DNA of 42,054 bases from Candidatus Portnoybacteria bacterium (GTDB lineage: Bacteria > Patescibacteriota > Minisyncoccia > RBG-13-40-8-A), in the NCBI GenBank assembly GCA_014728535.1, contig WJLL01000053.1, positions 1 to 42,054 of the forward strand, written 5' to 3'. The notes below the pieces were generated by a model that worked only from the letters and a program-made list of their open reading frames with translations, was not told the origin of the DNA and did no database searches. Shown here in pieces: positions 9,969 to 17,341 of the stretch. Each line of letters starts with the position of its first letter. The first letter of the stretch is position 1. Made by a program: the position numbers and the translations under genes.

Positions 9969-10469
9969 TTATAAATTGTCTTTTAAGTTTAATTCTTTTA
10001 ATTTATTAATGCAATCAATCTCTTTAGCGCGCCCCTCTCCTTTTTGGCTGTCTAAATATCTCTTCAAAATTGGAATAACTTCATTACACCAAAAAGCCAA
10101 ATCCATTTCCTCCATTTCTTCTAAACTAAAAAGTCTAATCTCTTGCCCTTCTTTTAAATCAATAGAATTTATGTCCTCAAAAAATGAAGCTACATACCAA
10201 TGCCTTTCAACTCCTCCAGGAGAATAATTAATTAAAATTTTACTAATATCGTTCGGCTCAAAACCGATTTCTTCTTTTATCTCTCTAATAATAGCATCAT
10301 CAGGATCCTCTCCATCAAAACAAGCACCACCAATCAAATTCCATTGATCAGGATAAGGAATTTCCTTATTATCATCCCTAAGCTGCAATAAAATCTTCCC
10401 ATCTTTTGATAGCAAAAAACATATAGCCCCTATAACTTCGGGCTTTTTTTCTTTTTTCATTTTATCCAA
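9969..10469 (-). CDS. NUDIX hydrolase
   Basis: Nudix box GGACFDGEDPDDAIIREIKEEIGFE (Gx5Ex7REUxEExGU pattern). Overlaps the cca stop by 13 nt. Confidence 0.85.
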   Translation of the reverse strand: MDKMKKEKKPEVIGAICFLLSKDGKILLQLRDDNKEIPYPDQWNLIGGACFDGEDPDDAIIREIKEEIGFEPNDISKILINYSPGGVERHWYVASFFEDINSIDLKEGQEIRLFSLEEMEEMDLAFWCNEVIPILKRYLDSQKGEGRAKEIDCINKLKELNLKDNL

Positions 10470-11893
10470 TACTTTTCTTTAATTTTTAAATCTTCCTCTT
10501 CTTTTTTCTCCCTTATTTTTTCACGAGCCATTTTCCTTAATCCAGAAAGATTTTCTTTATCTAATTCTTTGATTCTTTTTTTCAAAATTCTCTTTTTATT
10601 CTTGCCAGGATCCTCTATAACCTCAGAAAGCAAAACATCTAGAATAGCACCCACTTTAGGGCCAGGGGAAATTCCTAAAATATTCATAACCTCATCTCCG
10701 CTAATCTTCAACATACCAACAGAAACAGGATCTTGAGAAACTTTATCAATTAAATATTCTACTTTTCTTAAACGATAAGGACGAGCCTTGGGTCTGCCCA
10801 TGCCCAAACGATCACTAATCCTAAGATTTATCAAATCAGGAATATTTTCTTTACCAGCTCTCTTAATTAAGCGTCTAGCTCCAGCTTCAGTTAATCTCTC
10901 AGGATCAGAAACAAACATATGATTCTTTACCAATAAAACAACTTTATCAATAAGCTTATTAGAAAATTTTAATCTTTTAAGGATCTTTTCAGCAAAACGA
11001 GCACCAACAATGTCATGATTATAGAAGGTTGAATCAGGCCCCTCTCCTTCTTTTGTTTCAGGCTTGCCAATATCATGAAGCAAAGCAGCCATTCTTACTT
11101 CTAAACTAAATTCTTTTTCAGCAGCTGCTCTTAAGGACCGAATAGAATGCTCATAAATGTCATAAATATGATGACGATTTTGAGAAACACCAACCCCCTT
11201 TTCTAACTCAGGAATAATATATTTAAGCAAACCAAGCTTTTGTAATAAATCAACTCCATCAGCAGCTTTATCACAATCAATGATTTTAACAAATTCATCA
11301 CGAATTCTCTCTTTAGAAATAGCATCTATCCATTTTGCATTTTTTTCTATTGCAGAATATGTTTTTCTTTCAATACTAAAATCTAAAACACAAGAAAATC
11401 TAACTGCTCTTAACATTCTTAAAGCATCTTCATTAAACCTATCATCAGCATAACCAACAGCCCTAATTAGTTTTTTCTCTAAATCCTTTTGGCCGTCAAA
11501 GGGATCAATAATTTCTTCATCATTCATAGCCATAGCATTTATTGTAAAATCTCTTCTAGCCAGATCATCTTCAACATTCTCAGCAAATTCTACTTTATCA
11601 GGGTGCCTTTTGTCAATATATCTTCCTTCCACCCTATAAGTGGTAATTTCAACCTCAGAAAGAGACTCGTCAGAAGAATCAGTTAAAACAGTAACTGTGC
11701 CAAACTTATTCTCATAAAAAGACTTAGGAAATATTTTTTTAATTTCCTTGGGCTTTGCATTTGTAGTTACATCCCAATCATTAGGATTAACTTCGCGTAA
11801 AAAGTCTCTAACACAACCACCAACAATATATGCTTGGTGGCCTGATTTTTCTAATTTTTCAAGTATTAAATTGATTTCTTTAGGAATCTTCAT
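10457..11893 (-). CDS. cca: CCA-adding tRNA nucleotidyltransferase with HD domain
   Basis: 478 aa. Class II polymerase-beta head (YIVGGCVRDFLR...DWDVTT), RRDFTINAMA, and HD motif LLHDIGKP. Confidence 0.9.
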   Translation of the reverse strand: MKIPKEINLILEKLEKSGHQAYIVGGCVRDFLREVNPNDWDVTTNAKPKEIKKIFPKSFYENKFGTVTVLTDSSDESLSEVEITTYRVEGRYIDKRHPDKVEFAENVEDDLARRDFTINAMAMNDEEIIDPFDGQKDLEKKLIRAVGYADDRFNEDALRMLRAVRFSCVLDFSIERKTYSAIEKNAKWIDAISKERIRDEFVKIIDCDKAADGVDLLQKLGLLKYIIPELEKGVGVSQNRHHIYDIYEHSIRSLRAAAEKEFSLEVRMAALLHDIGKPETKEGEGPDSTFYNHDIVGARFAEKILKRLKFSNKLIDKVVLLVKNHMFVSDPERLTEAGARRLIKRAGKENIPDLINLRISDRLGMGRPKARPYRLRKVEYLIDKVSQDPVSVGMLKISGDEVMNILGISPGPKVGAILDVLLSEVIEDPGKNKKRILKKRIKELDKENLSGLRKMAREKIREKKEEEDLKIKEKYWIK

Positions 11894-11932
11894 TTCAAGT
11901 TAAGAATAACTCAAAAACAATGTTTTGGCAAT

Positions 11933-11957
11933 TTAAAAAAGAGCTGACAGCTCTTTT
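11933..11957 (-). terminator. rho-independent terminator after the tRNA-Lys pair
   Basis: AAAAGAGCT-GAC-AGCTCTTTT palindrome. On the minus strand it is followed by a T-run. Confidence 0.65.
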
Positions 11958-11968
11958 AAAAAAACAAG

Positions 11969-12042
11969 TGCGCCGTGAGGGATTCGAACCCCCGACCATC
12001 TGCTTAAAAGGCAGTTGCTCTACCAGGCTGAGCTAACGGCGC
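11969..12042 (-). tRNA. tRNA-Lys (anticodon TTT), no encoded CCA
   Basis: Reverse complement GCGCCGT TA GCTC AGCCTGGTA GAGC A ACTGC CTTTTAA GCAGA TGGTC GGGGG TTCGAAT CCCTC ACGGCGC A folds as a cloverleaf. The anticodon loop CTTTTAA gives UUU. Confidence 0.9.
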
Positions 12043-12081
12043 ATAAAAAGAATTTTAACCCAATAAAACAAAAAAAGCAAG

Positions 12082-12154
12082 TGCGCCGTGAGGGAATCGA
12101 ACCCCCAACCTTGGGCTTAAGAGGCCCCTGCTCTGCCAGTTGAGCTAACGGCGC
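12082..12154 (-). tRNA. tRNA-Lys (anticodon CTT), no encoded CCA
   Basis: Reverse complement GCGCCGT TA GCTC AACTGGCA GAGC A GGGGC CTCTTAA GCCCA AGGTT GGGGG TTCGATT CCCTC ACGGCGC A. The acceptor stem is identical to the neighbouring tRNA-Lys. Confidence 0.9.
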
Positions 12155-12185
12155 ATATTATTTTATTAAAAAGAAAACAGGCTGT

Positions 12186-12213
12186 AATATAAAGCCTCTT
12201 ATTATTTTAACAA
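12186..12213 (-). promoter_or_regulatory. candidate sigma70-type promoter for the tRNA-Lys pair
   Basis: On the minus strand: TTGTTA, 16-nt spacer, TATATT, about 30 nt upstream of tRNA-Lys(CTT). Hand-matched only. Confidence 0.3.
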
Positions 12214-12224
12214 ATTAAAATAAA

Positions 12225-12563
12225 ATGGCAAGAAAAGTACTTGCAAAAAGATTAAAAATAAGAGATAATGAAAAGAGAAAAATTAAGGAAAAAATAATGA
12301 ATTTCGAAAAACCAAAATTTGAAAAAAAAGAAAAAGTATTAAATCAAGAAGAAATTGAATATCTTGGAGAAGATATGAAAAAATATGTCACTGCTTTAAA
12401 AGAAAGAATAGAAGAAATAGAAAAAGAGCTAGAATCAAAAACAAATGAAAAATTAAAAGTAGAACTAGAAGAATTAAGGATAGAATATGAAGAATTGAAA
12501 GATTTCACTGAAGCCATAGAAGAAGGTGATTTTGAAGAAATAACAGAGAAGGACAAAGAATAA
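12225..12563 (+). CDS. hypothetical Glu/Lys-rich coiled-coil protein
   Basis: 112-aa ORF followed by a terminator. The sequence is low complexity (EEIEKELESKTNEKLKVELEELRIEYEELKD) and contains no recognisable family motif. Confidence 0.45.
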   Translation: MARKVLAKRLKIRDNEKRKIKEKIMNFEKPKFEKKEKVLNQEEIEYLGEDMKKYVTALKERIEEIEKELESKTNEKLKVELEELRIEYEELKDFTEAIEEGDFEEITEKDKE

Positions 12564-12580
12564 AAAAAACAAACAAAAAC

Positions 12581-12609
12581 AAAAACCGCTAAAACAAAGG
12601 CGGTTTTTT
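12581..12609. terminator. bidirectional rho-independent terminator
   Basis: AAAACCGC-(loop)-GCGGTTTTTT sits between the plus-strand 112-aa ORF and the minus-strand tRNA-Arg, with A/T runs on both sides. Confidence 0.65.
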
Positions 12610-12615
12610 ATATAA

Positions 12616-12687
12616 TGCCCCCGGAGAGATTCGAACTCCCAACTTGGCGTCCGAAGCGCCACGTGTTATCCATTATACCACGGGGGC
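12616..12687 (-). tRNA. tRNA-Arg (anticodon TCG), no encoded CCA
   Basis: Reverse complement GCCCCCG TG GTAT AATGGATA ACAC G TGGCG CTTCGGA CGCCA AGTT GGGAG TTCGAAT CTCTC CGGGGGC A. There is one A.C mismatch in the D stem and a 4-nt variable loop. Confidence 0.8.
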
Positions 12688-12699
12688 TATACCACCTCC

Positions 12700-12728
12700 A
12701 TTGTATAACAGAAACAGGCGATAGTCAA
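12700..12728 (-). promoter_or_regulatory. candidate promoter for tRNA-Arg
   Basis: On the minus strand: TTGACT (12723..12728), 17-nt spacer, TACAAT (12700..12705). The -10 ends 12 nt upstream of the mature tRNA 5' end. Confidence 0.5.
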
Positions 12729-12738
12729 CTGAAAAAGC

Positions 12739-12767
12739 TTGACAGAATATATATACTATGATAGGAT
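12739..12767 (+). promoter_or_regulatory. candidate promoter for the 85-aa ORF, divergent from the tRNA-Arg promoter
   Basis: TTGACA (12739..12744), 17-nt spacer, TAGGAT (12762..12767). It is followed by the SD AAGGAGG (12778..12784) and the ATG at 12793. Confidence 0.5.
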
Positions 12768-12792
12768 ATTAATATCAAGGAGGTTCTTTAAA

Positions 12793-13050
12793 ATGATACA
12801 ATTAAATACATGGCCTTTTGGTTTGGACCTTGAAACAGTTGCTCATATACGAAGGAATGGAAAAATACAACCAATCAAAAAGAGGGATATAGTGGTTGTA
12901 AAAGGAAACAATCTTGAAGAAAACGGAAGCTGGAACGGAAAAATCCTAAAATATACAAAAGGAAAACCAATGGTTTTAGAGATATGGACAGAGTGGTCCA
13001 ATCTCAAACCTCAAAAAGCAATCGTACAAATTCACCCCTCCTCTTTCTAG
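12793..13050 (+). CDS. hypothetical small protein (85 aa)
   Basis: ATG preceded at 8 nt by a perfect AAGGAGG, and ending inside a strong terminator hairpin. The track's TTG start at 12739 is actually the -35 hexamer. No family recognised (MIQLNTWPFGLDLETVAHIRRNGKIQPIKKRDIVVVKG...). Confidence 0.55.
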   Translation: MIQLNTWPFGLDLETVAHIRRNGKIQPIKKRDIVVVKGNNLEENGSWNGKILKYTKGKPMVLEIWTEWSNLKPQKAIVQIHPSSF

Positions 13051-13065
13051 GAGGGGGTTTTATTT
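13035..13065 (+). terminator. rho-independent terminator
   Basis: CCCCTCCT-CTTTCT-AGGAGGGG followed by GTTTTATTT. The stop codon TAG spans the loop/stem junction. Confidence 0.75.
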
Positions 13066-14188
13066 ACAAACCAAACAAATAATAGAATCCTAGGCCAAAC
13101 AAAACAATTGCTTCAACCAAGGTAATCCAAACCATGGCCTTGCTTGAAGCAATTTTAATATTCATAGTCAAAACAGCAATCAAGAAAACAACAATCTCAT
13201 CCAGCATATAGAAAAATACAAAGATTGCGATATATAATAAGTAGGTCCAAACAGGCAAATTGGCCTGAGCTAAGGCGCCAGCAAAAAATACAGGAATAAC
13301 AGCAGAACAAGGAAATTCAACAACAGTAACAACAACAGCAAAAATCAAGACACTAATAAGGACACCCCAAAAACCACCAGACTCTTTAATACTCTCTTTA
13401 ACCTTTGAAGACATTTTAGAAACAACGCCAGAAGAAACATCACAGGCAGGCCCATATTTCCTATACCTAACAAACTGCTTTAAAAAATATACCCCGCCCA
13501 ATAAACCCAAAATGCCAACAAAGATATTCATGATATTTAAAACAGGAGCCAAAACATAGAACAACTGATACCATAAAACTATAAGAAGGCCGTAAACAAG
13601 AGCAGTAACTAAAATAAACAAGCCGCCAAAAACAAATATCTTAGCCCTAGACTTTAAAATCAAAACAAGGCCCAATATCAAAACAAGAGCACCTAAAGAA
13701 CAAACATTAAAACCATCAAAAAAACCAAGAATCACAGCCTGCAAAGGCAATGTATAACTACTTAAATCAATCTCCCCAACAATAGGCAAATTAATCGCCT
13801 CATCATCCTCCTTCTCTTCTCCTTCTCCCTCTAGCTGCTTCTTAATAGAATTCTCAATTTTTGCACCAACCCCTTTTTCATTATCAAAACCAAGAAAACA
13901 CTCATCACCAACAAAAGTAATAGGAACTAAGCCAATATATCTCTCTACTTCATACTCCCTGCACATATCGACCAACTTCTCCCTATTACTAGAAGACAAA
14001 TATCTATTAATCTCTACTTGAGGATATTCTTCTTCAATATAATCAAGAAATTCTTCTTCTGCTGCGCAATGAGGACAGCTATCACTATAAAAGAAATCTA
14101 TTTCTAAAGAATCAGAAGAAGCCTCAATTCCCAAAGGAATAGAAGCGAATAAAAACAATATAAAGAAAAATAAAGCAACCTTCTTCAT
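13064..14188 (-). CDS. exported thioredoxin-fold domain (CPHC) fused to a CcdA/DsbD-like thiol-disulfide transmembrane domain
   Basis: 374 aa. Signal peptide, then FFYSDSCPHCAAEEEFL (CxxC) and a glutaredoxin-like fold. This is followed by a polytopic domain with membrane-embedded Cys residues (FNVCSLGAL; VEFPCSAVIP), as in the CcdA/DsbD family. Confidence 0.55.
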   Translation of the reverse strand: MKKVALFFFILFLFASIPLGIEASSDSLEIDFFYSDSCPHCAAEEEFLDYIEEEYPQVEINRYLSSSNREKLVDMCREYEVERYIGLVPITFVGDECFLGFDNEKGVGAKIENSIKKQLEGEGEEKEDDEAINLPIVGEIDLSSYTLPLQAVILGFFDGFNVCSLGALVLILGLVLILKSRAKIFVFGGLFILVTALVYGLLIVLWYQLFYVLAPVLNIMNIFVGILGLLGGVYFLKQFVRYRKYGPACDVSSGVVSKMSSKVKESIKESGGFWGVLISVLIFAVVVTVVEFPCSAVIPVFFAGALAQANLPVWTYLLYIAIFVFFYMLDEIVVFLIAVLTMNIKIASSKAMVWITLVEAIVLFGLGFYYLFGL

Positions 14189-14229
14189 AAGTCTATATTA
14201 TAAACTACAAAGAATTAATTTTACAATAC

Positions 14230-14258
14230 TTGCTTTTATCTTTAATATATATTACAAT
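14230..14258 (+). promoter_or_regulatory. candidate rpsO promoter placed for a leaderless or near-leaderless transcript
   Basis: TTGCTT (14230..14235), 17-nt spacer, TACAAT (14253..14258). Only 7 nt separate the -10 from the rpsO ATG at 14266. Confidence 0.45.
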
Positions 14259-14265
14259 ACTTGAT

Positions 14266-14535
14266 ATGTTAACAAAAACAAAAAAATCTAAGATCGTAAA
14301 AGAACACAAAACAAGCGAAACCGACACAGGGTCGGCCAGTGTTCAAATTGCAGTACTTACTGAACAAATAAAAGAATTGTCTTCTCATTTAAGAAAAAAC
14401 CCAAAAGACAACCACTCAAGAAGAGGTCTTTTAAAAATGGTTTCAAAAAGAAAGAAACTCATGGAATGGTTGAAAAGAGAAGATGAAAAAGAATACAAAA
14501 AAATAACTAAAAAATTAGGCCTAAAAACAAAATAG
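14266..14535 (+). CDS. rpsO: 30S ribosomal protein S15
   Basis: 89 aa. TGSASVQIAVLTEQIKELSSHLRKNPKDNHSRRGLLKMVSKRKKLMEWLKRED matches S15 along its length. Start moved from the TTG at 14230 to the ATG at 14266. Confidence 0.93.
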   Translation: MLTKTKKSKIVKEHKTSETDTGSASVQIAVLTEQIKELSSHLRKNPKDNHSRRGLLKMVSKRKKLMEWLKREDEKEYKKITKKLGLKTK

Positions 14536-14548
14536 GCCCTAAATTAAT

Positions 14549-15070
14549 ATGTCAGTAATAAAGCACAAAGATCAAAGAGTGGGTGTTTTGATTGATGTTC
14601 AAAACATGTATCACTCTGCAAAGAACCTCTATAATGCTAGGGTTAATTTTAGAGAGATTCTAAAAACAGCAGTAGGAGGAAGAAAGCTAATAAGAGCAAT
14701 AGGGTATGTAGTAACAACAGAGTCGGGAGAAGAAAAGGCCTTCCTAGAAGCTCTTGAAAAGGCCGGAATAGAAATAAAAAGCAAGGAACTGCAAATATTT
14801 CCAGGAGGCATGAAAAAGGCAGACTGGGACGTAGGCCTTGCAGTAGATGCATTTGAATTAAGCAAAAAGCTAGATAGCATAATACTAGTAACCGGAGACG
14901 GAGACTTTGTCCCTTTAGTAGAATACTTAAAAGGACAAGGCCAACAAGTAGAGATAATTGCTTTTGCCAAAAGCGCATCTGGAAAATTAAAGGAGGTTGC
15001 TGATGATTTTACAGATCTCAGCAAAAGATCAAGTCAATACTTAATAAAAACTAATAAAAGAAGCAGATAA
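14549..15070 (+). CDS. NYN-domain (LabA/DUF88-like, PIN-fold) putative ribonuclease
   Basis: 173 aa. VGVLIDVQNMYHSAKNLY at the N-terminus and ILVTGDGDFVPLVEYLKGQGQQVEIIAF match the acidic-residue pattern of LabA-like NYN domains. Confidence 0.75.
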   Translation: MSVIKHKDQRVGVLIDVQNMYHSAKNLYNARVNFREILKTAVGGRKLIRAIGYVVTTESGEEKAFLEALEKAGIEIKSKELQIFPGGMKKADWDVGLAVDAFELSKKLDSIILVTGDGDFVPLVEYLKGQGQQVEIIAFAKSASGKLKEVADDFTDLSKRSSQYLIKTNKRSR

Positions 15071-15077
15071 ATTTAAC

Positions 15078-15160
15078 AGGTCTGTTTGGCGGATACGCAG
15101 ACATGGGCGGATATCCATCTTCCTGTATCTGTGTATCCGAAAACAAAACGCCCAGACCTT
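15078..15160 (+). promoter_or_regulatory. structured, locally GC-rich 5' leader of pnp (candidate autoregulatory or processing element)
   Basis: Outer stem AGGTCTG (15078..15084) pairs with CAGACCT (15153..15159). A 12-bp stem pairs CGGATACGCAGA (15090..15101) with TCTGTGTATCCG (15128..15139, one G.U). The duplicated GGCGGATA (15089 and 15106) offers an alternative partner. Confidence 0.5.
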
Positions 15161-15192
15161 CTTATTTTAAATCTGTTTTCTTAAAAAGATTT

Positions 15193-17322
15193 ATGAAAGA
15201 GAAAAACTTTAAAATGGAAATAGAAGGAAAAGAGCTTTCCATAACAACAGGAAAACTAGCAGAACAAACTAATGGTTCTGCATTAGTTAGATATGGCCAA
15301 ACAGAGGTTTTGGCCACTGCAGTAATGAGCAAGGAACCAGTAGAAAGAAACTACTTTCCTTTAATGGTAGATTATGAAGAAAAATTCTATGCTGCAGGAA
15401 AAATAAAAGGAAGTCGCTGGGTAAAAAGAGAAGGACGACCAACAGACGAAGCTATTCTCTCTGGAAGACTAGTAGACAGGGCTATTCGCCCTCTTTTTAA
15501 TAGCAAAATGAGGAATGAGGTCCAAATAGTCTTAACAGTTCTTTCTTTTGATGGAGAAAATGATCCAGTATTCCCAGCATTGATAGGAGCATCAATTGCT
15601 TTATCAGTTTCAGATATTCCATGGAATGGTCCAGTAGGAGGAATATCTATAGGAAAAAATGAAAAGAATGAATGGACAATAAGCCCAACAATAAGTGAAA
15701 AAATAGAAACAAAATCAGAAATATTTGTTTCAGGAATAGAACAAGACAATGAAGTATTGATAAATATGATTGAGGGCCACACTCCAGAAACAAAAGAAGA
15801 AGAAGCATTAAAGGCAATAGAAAGAACAAAGAAAACAATAAAAGAAATAATTGAATTCCAAAATAAGATTGTAAAAGAAATAGGATTAAAGAAAGCAACA
15901 ATAGAAATACCAGAGCTAAACAAAGACCTAAAACAAGAAGTGGAAAAAATAATAGACAAAGGACTTGAAAACGCAGTATATGAACCAGACAAACAAAAAA
16001 GATTAAACAATCTAAAAGAATTAAAAGATAGTATAGAAAAACTAATAAAAGAAAAGGCAGAAACAGAAGAAGCAGACAAACAACTAGGCCTATCATTTGA
16101 TCTATTAGATGAAAAAACAGACGAAATAGTTCACAAAAATGTTTTAGAAAATGAAAAAAGACCAGACAATAGAAAGACAGATGAAGTTAGAAAAATAAAC
16201 TGCCAAGTAAAACTATTCCCAAGAGTGCATGGATCAGGATTGTTTCAAAGAGGAGAGACTCAAGTGCTCTCAATGATTACACTAGCCCCTCCAGGAGCAG
16301 AACAGCTCTTAGACCAAATGGAGCTAGAAGGAGCAAAAAGATTTATGCATGATTACAACTTCCCTTCATTTAGTGTAGGAGAGGTGGGCCCAATGAGAGG
16401 GCCAGGAAGAAGAGAAATAGGACACGGAACTCTAGCAGAAAAAGCATTAAAGCCAATAATTCCTGACAAAGAGTCTTTTCCTTATACAATAAGGATTGTA
16501 TCTGAAGTTCTTTCTTCAAACGGATCTTCTTCAATGGCTTCAGTCTGCGGATCAGTATTAGCATTGCTAGACTCAGGAGTGCCAGTAAAAACAAATATTG
16601 CTGGAATAGCAATGGGATTGATGACTGAACTAACAGAAAAGCCAACAAAAACAAAATTCAAGGTGTTAACTGATATCCAAGGCCCAGAAGATCATCATGG
16701 AGACATGGATCTAAAAATAGCAGGCAGTAGAGAGGGGATAACAGCAATGCAAATGGATGTAAAACTTAATGGAGTAACAATGGAAATGCTAAAAGAAGCA
16801 TTCCCAAGAGCAAAAAAGGCAAGAATAGAAATATTAGAAGAAATGGAAAAAGCAATAAAAACTCCAAGACCAGAATTATCCCAATTTGCTCCAAGGGTCT
16901 ATTCTCTTACAGTCAATCCTAATAGAATAAGAGATATAATAGGGCCTGGAGGAAAAACAATAAACGAACTAACAGAAGAAACAGGAGCAACAATAGATAT
17001 AGAAGATGATGGCACTGTCTTTGTAAGCTGTGAAGACGCAGAAATGGCTAAAAAAGCAATCAGTAGAATAAAGAGCCTAACCAGAGAATTAAAAAAAGGA
17101 GAAACATTTGAAGGAAAAGTAGTAAAAATTGCTGACTTTGGAGCATTTGTAGAACTATCACCAGGACAAGAAGGATTGCTTCATATATCTGAATTAGCTC
17201 CAGGAAGAGTAGAAAAGGTAGAAGATTATCTACATCAAGGAGATACAGTAGGAGTAAAAATCAAAAACATAGATCCACAAGGAAAAATATCATTGGAATT
17301 AACAAAGCCAATTAAAAAATAA
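15193..17322 (+). CDS. pnp: polyribonucleotide nucleotidyltransferase (PNPase)
   Basis: Two RNase PH domains, plus KH (GPGGKTINELTEETGATIDIEDDG) and S1 (GKVVKIADFGAFVELSPGQEGLLHISEL) domains. Start set at the ATG at 15193, though 15214 (MEIEGKEL) is also possible. The track start at 15103 lies inside the leader structure. Confidence 0.92.
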   Translation: MKEKNFKMEIEGKELSITTGKLAEQTNGSALVRYGQTEVLATAVMSKEPVERNYFPLMVDYEEKFYAAGKIKGSRWVKREGRPTDEAILSGRLVDRAIRPLFNSKMRNEVQIVLTVLSFDGENDPVFPALIGASIALSVSDIPWNGPVGGISIGKNEKNEWTISPTISEKIETKSEIFVSGIEQDNEVLINMIEGHTPETKEEEALKAIERTKKTIKEIIEFQNKIVKEIGLKKATIEIPELNKDLKQEVEKIIDKGLENAVYEPDKQKRLNNLKELKDSIEKLIKEKAETEEADKQLGLSFDLLDEKTDEIVHKNVLENEKRPDNRKTDEVRKINCQVKLFPRVHGSGLFQRGETQVLSMITLAPPGAEQLLDQMELEGAKRFMHDYNFPSFSVGEVGPMRGPGRREIGHGTLAEKALKPIIPDKESFPYTIRIVSEVLSSNGSSSMASVCGSVLALLDSGVPVKTNIAGIAMGLMTELTEKPTKTKFKVLTDIQGPEDHHGDMDLKIAGSREGITAMQMDVKLNGVTMEMLKEAFPRAKKARIEILEEMEKAIKTPRPELSQFAPRVYSLTVNPNRIRDIIGPGGKTINELTEETGATIDIEDDGTVFVSCEDAEMAKKAISRIKSLTRELKKGETFEGKVVKIADFGAFVELSPGQEGLLHISELAPGRVEKVEDYLHQGDTVGVKIKNIDPQGKISLELTKPIKK

Positions 17323-17341
17323 TAAATTAAATTAAAAACAT

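Noticed and set aside
15103-15192. N-terminal extensions in the ORF track: pnp from 15103, rpsO from TTG 14230, the small ORF from TTG 12739, the ABC ATPase from 8377, and nusA from TTG 5344.
   Set aside because: The extensions do not match the conserved N-termini of the families. They overlap promoter hexamers, a structured leader or the upstream gene, and internal ATGs give canonical N-termini.
15387-16079. Long antisense ORFs inside real genes: 15387..16079 and 15647..16096 in pnp, 17650..18318, 27954..28391, 30585..31019, 14629..15024, 21323..21769, 24233..24668, 31564..31962, 4047..4286 and 2203..2439.
   Set aside because: Their translations are low-complexity Ser/Phe/Leu/Ile strings, as expected from reading purine-rich AT-biased coding DNA backwards. 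Each is fully contained in a gene with clear family motifs on the other strand.
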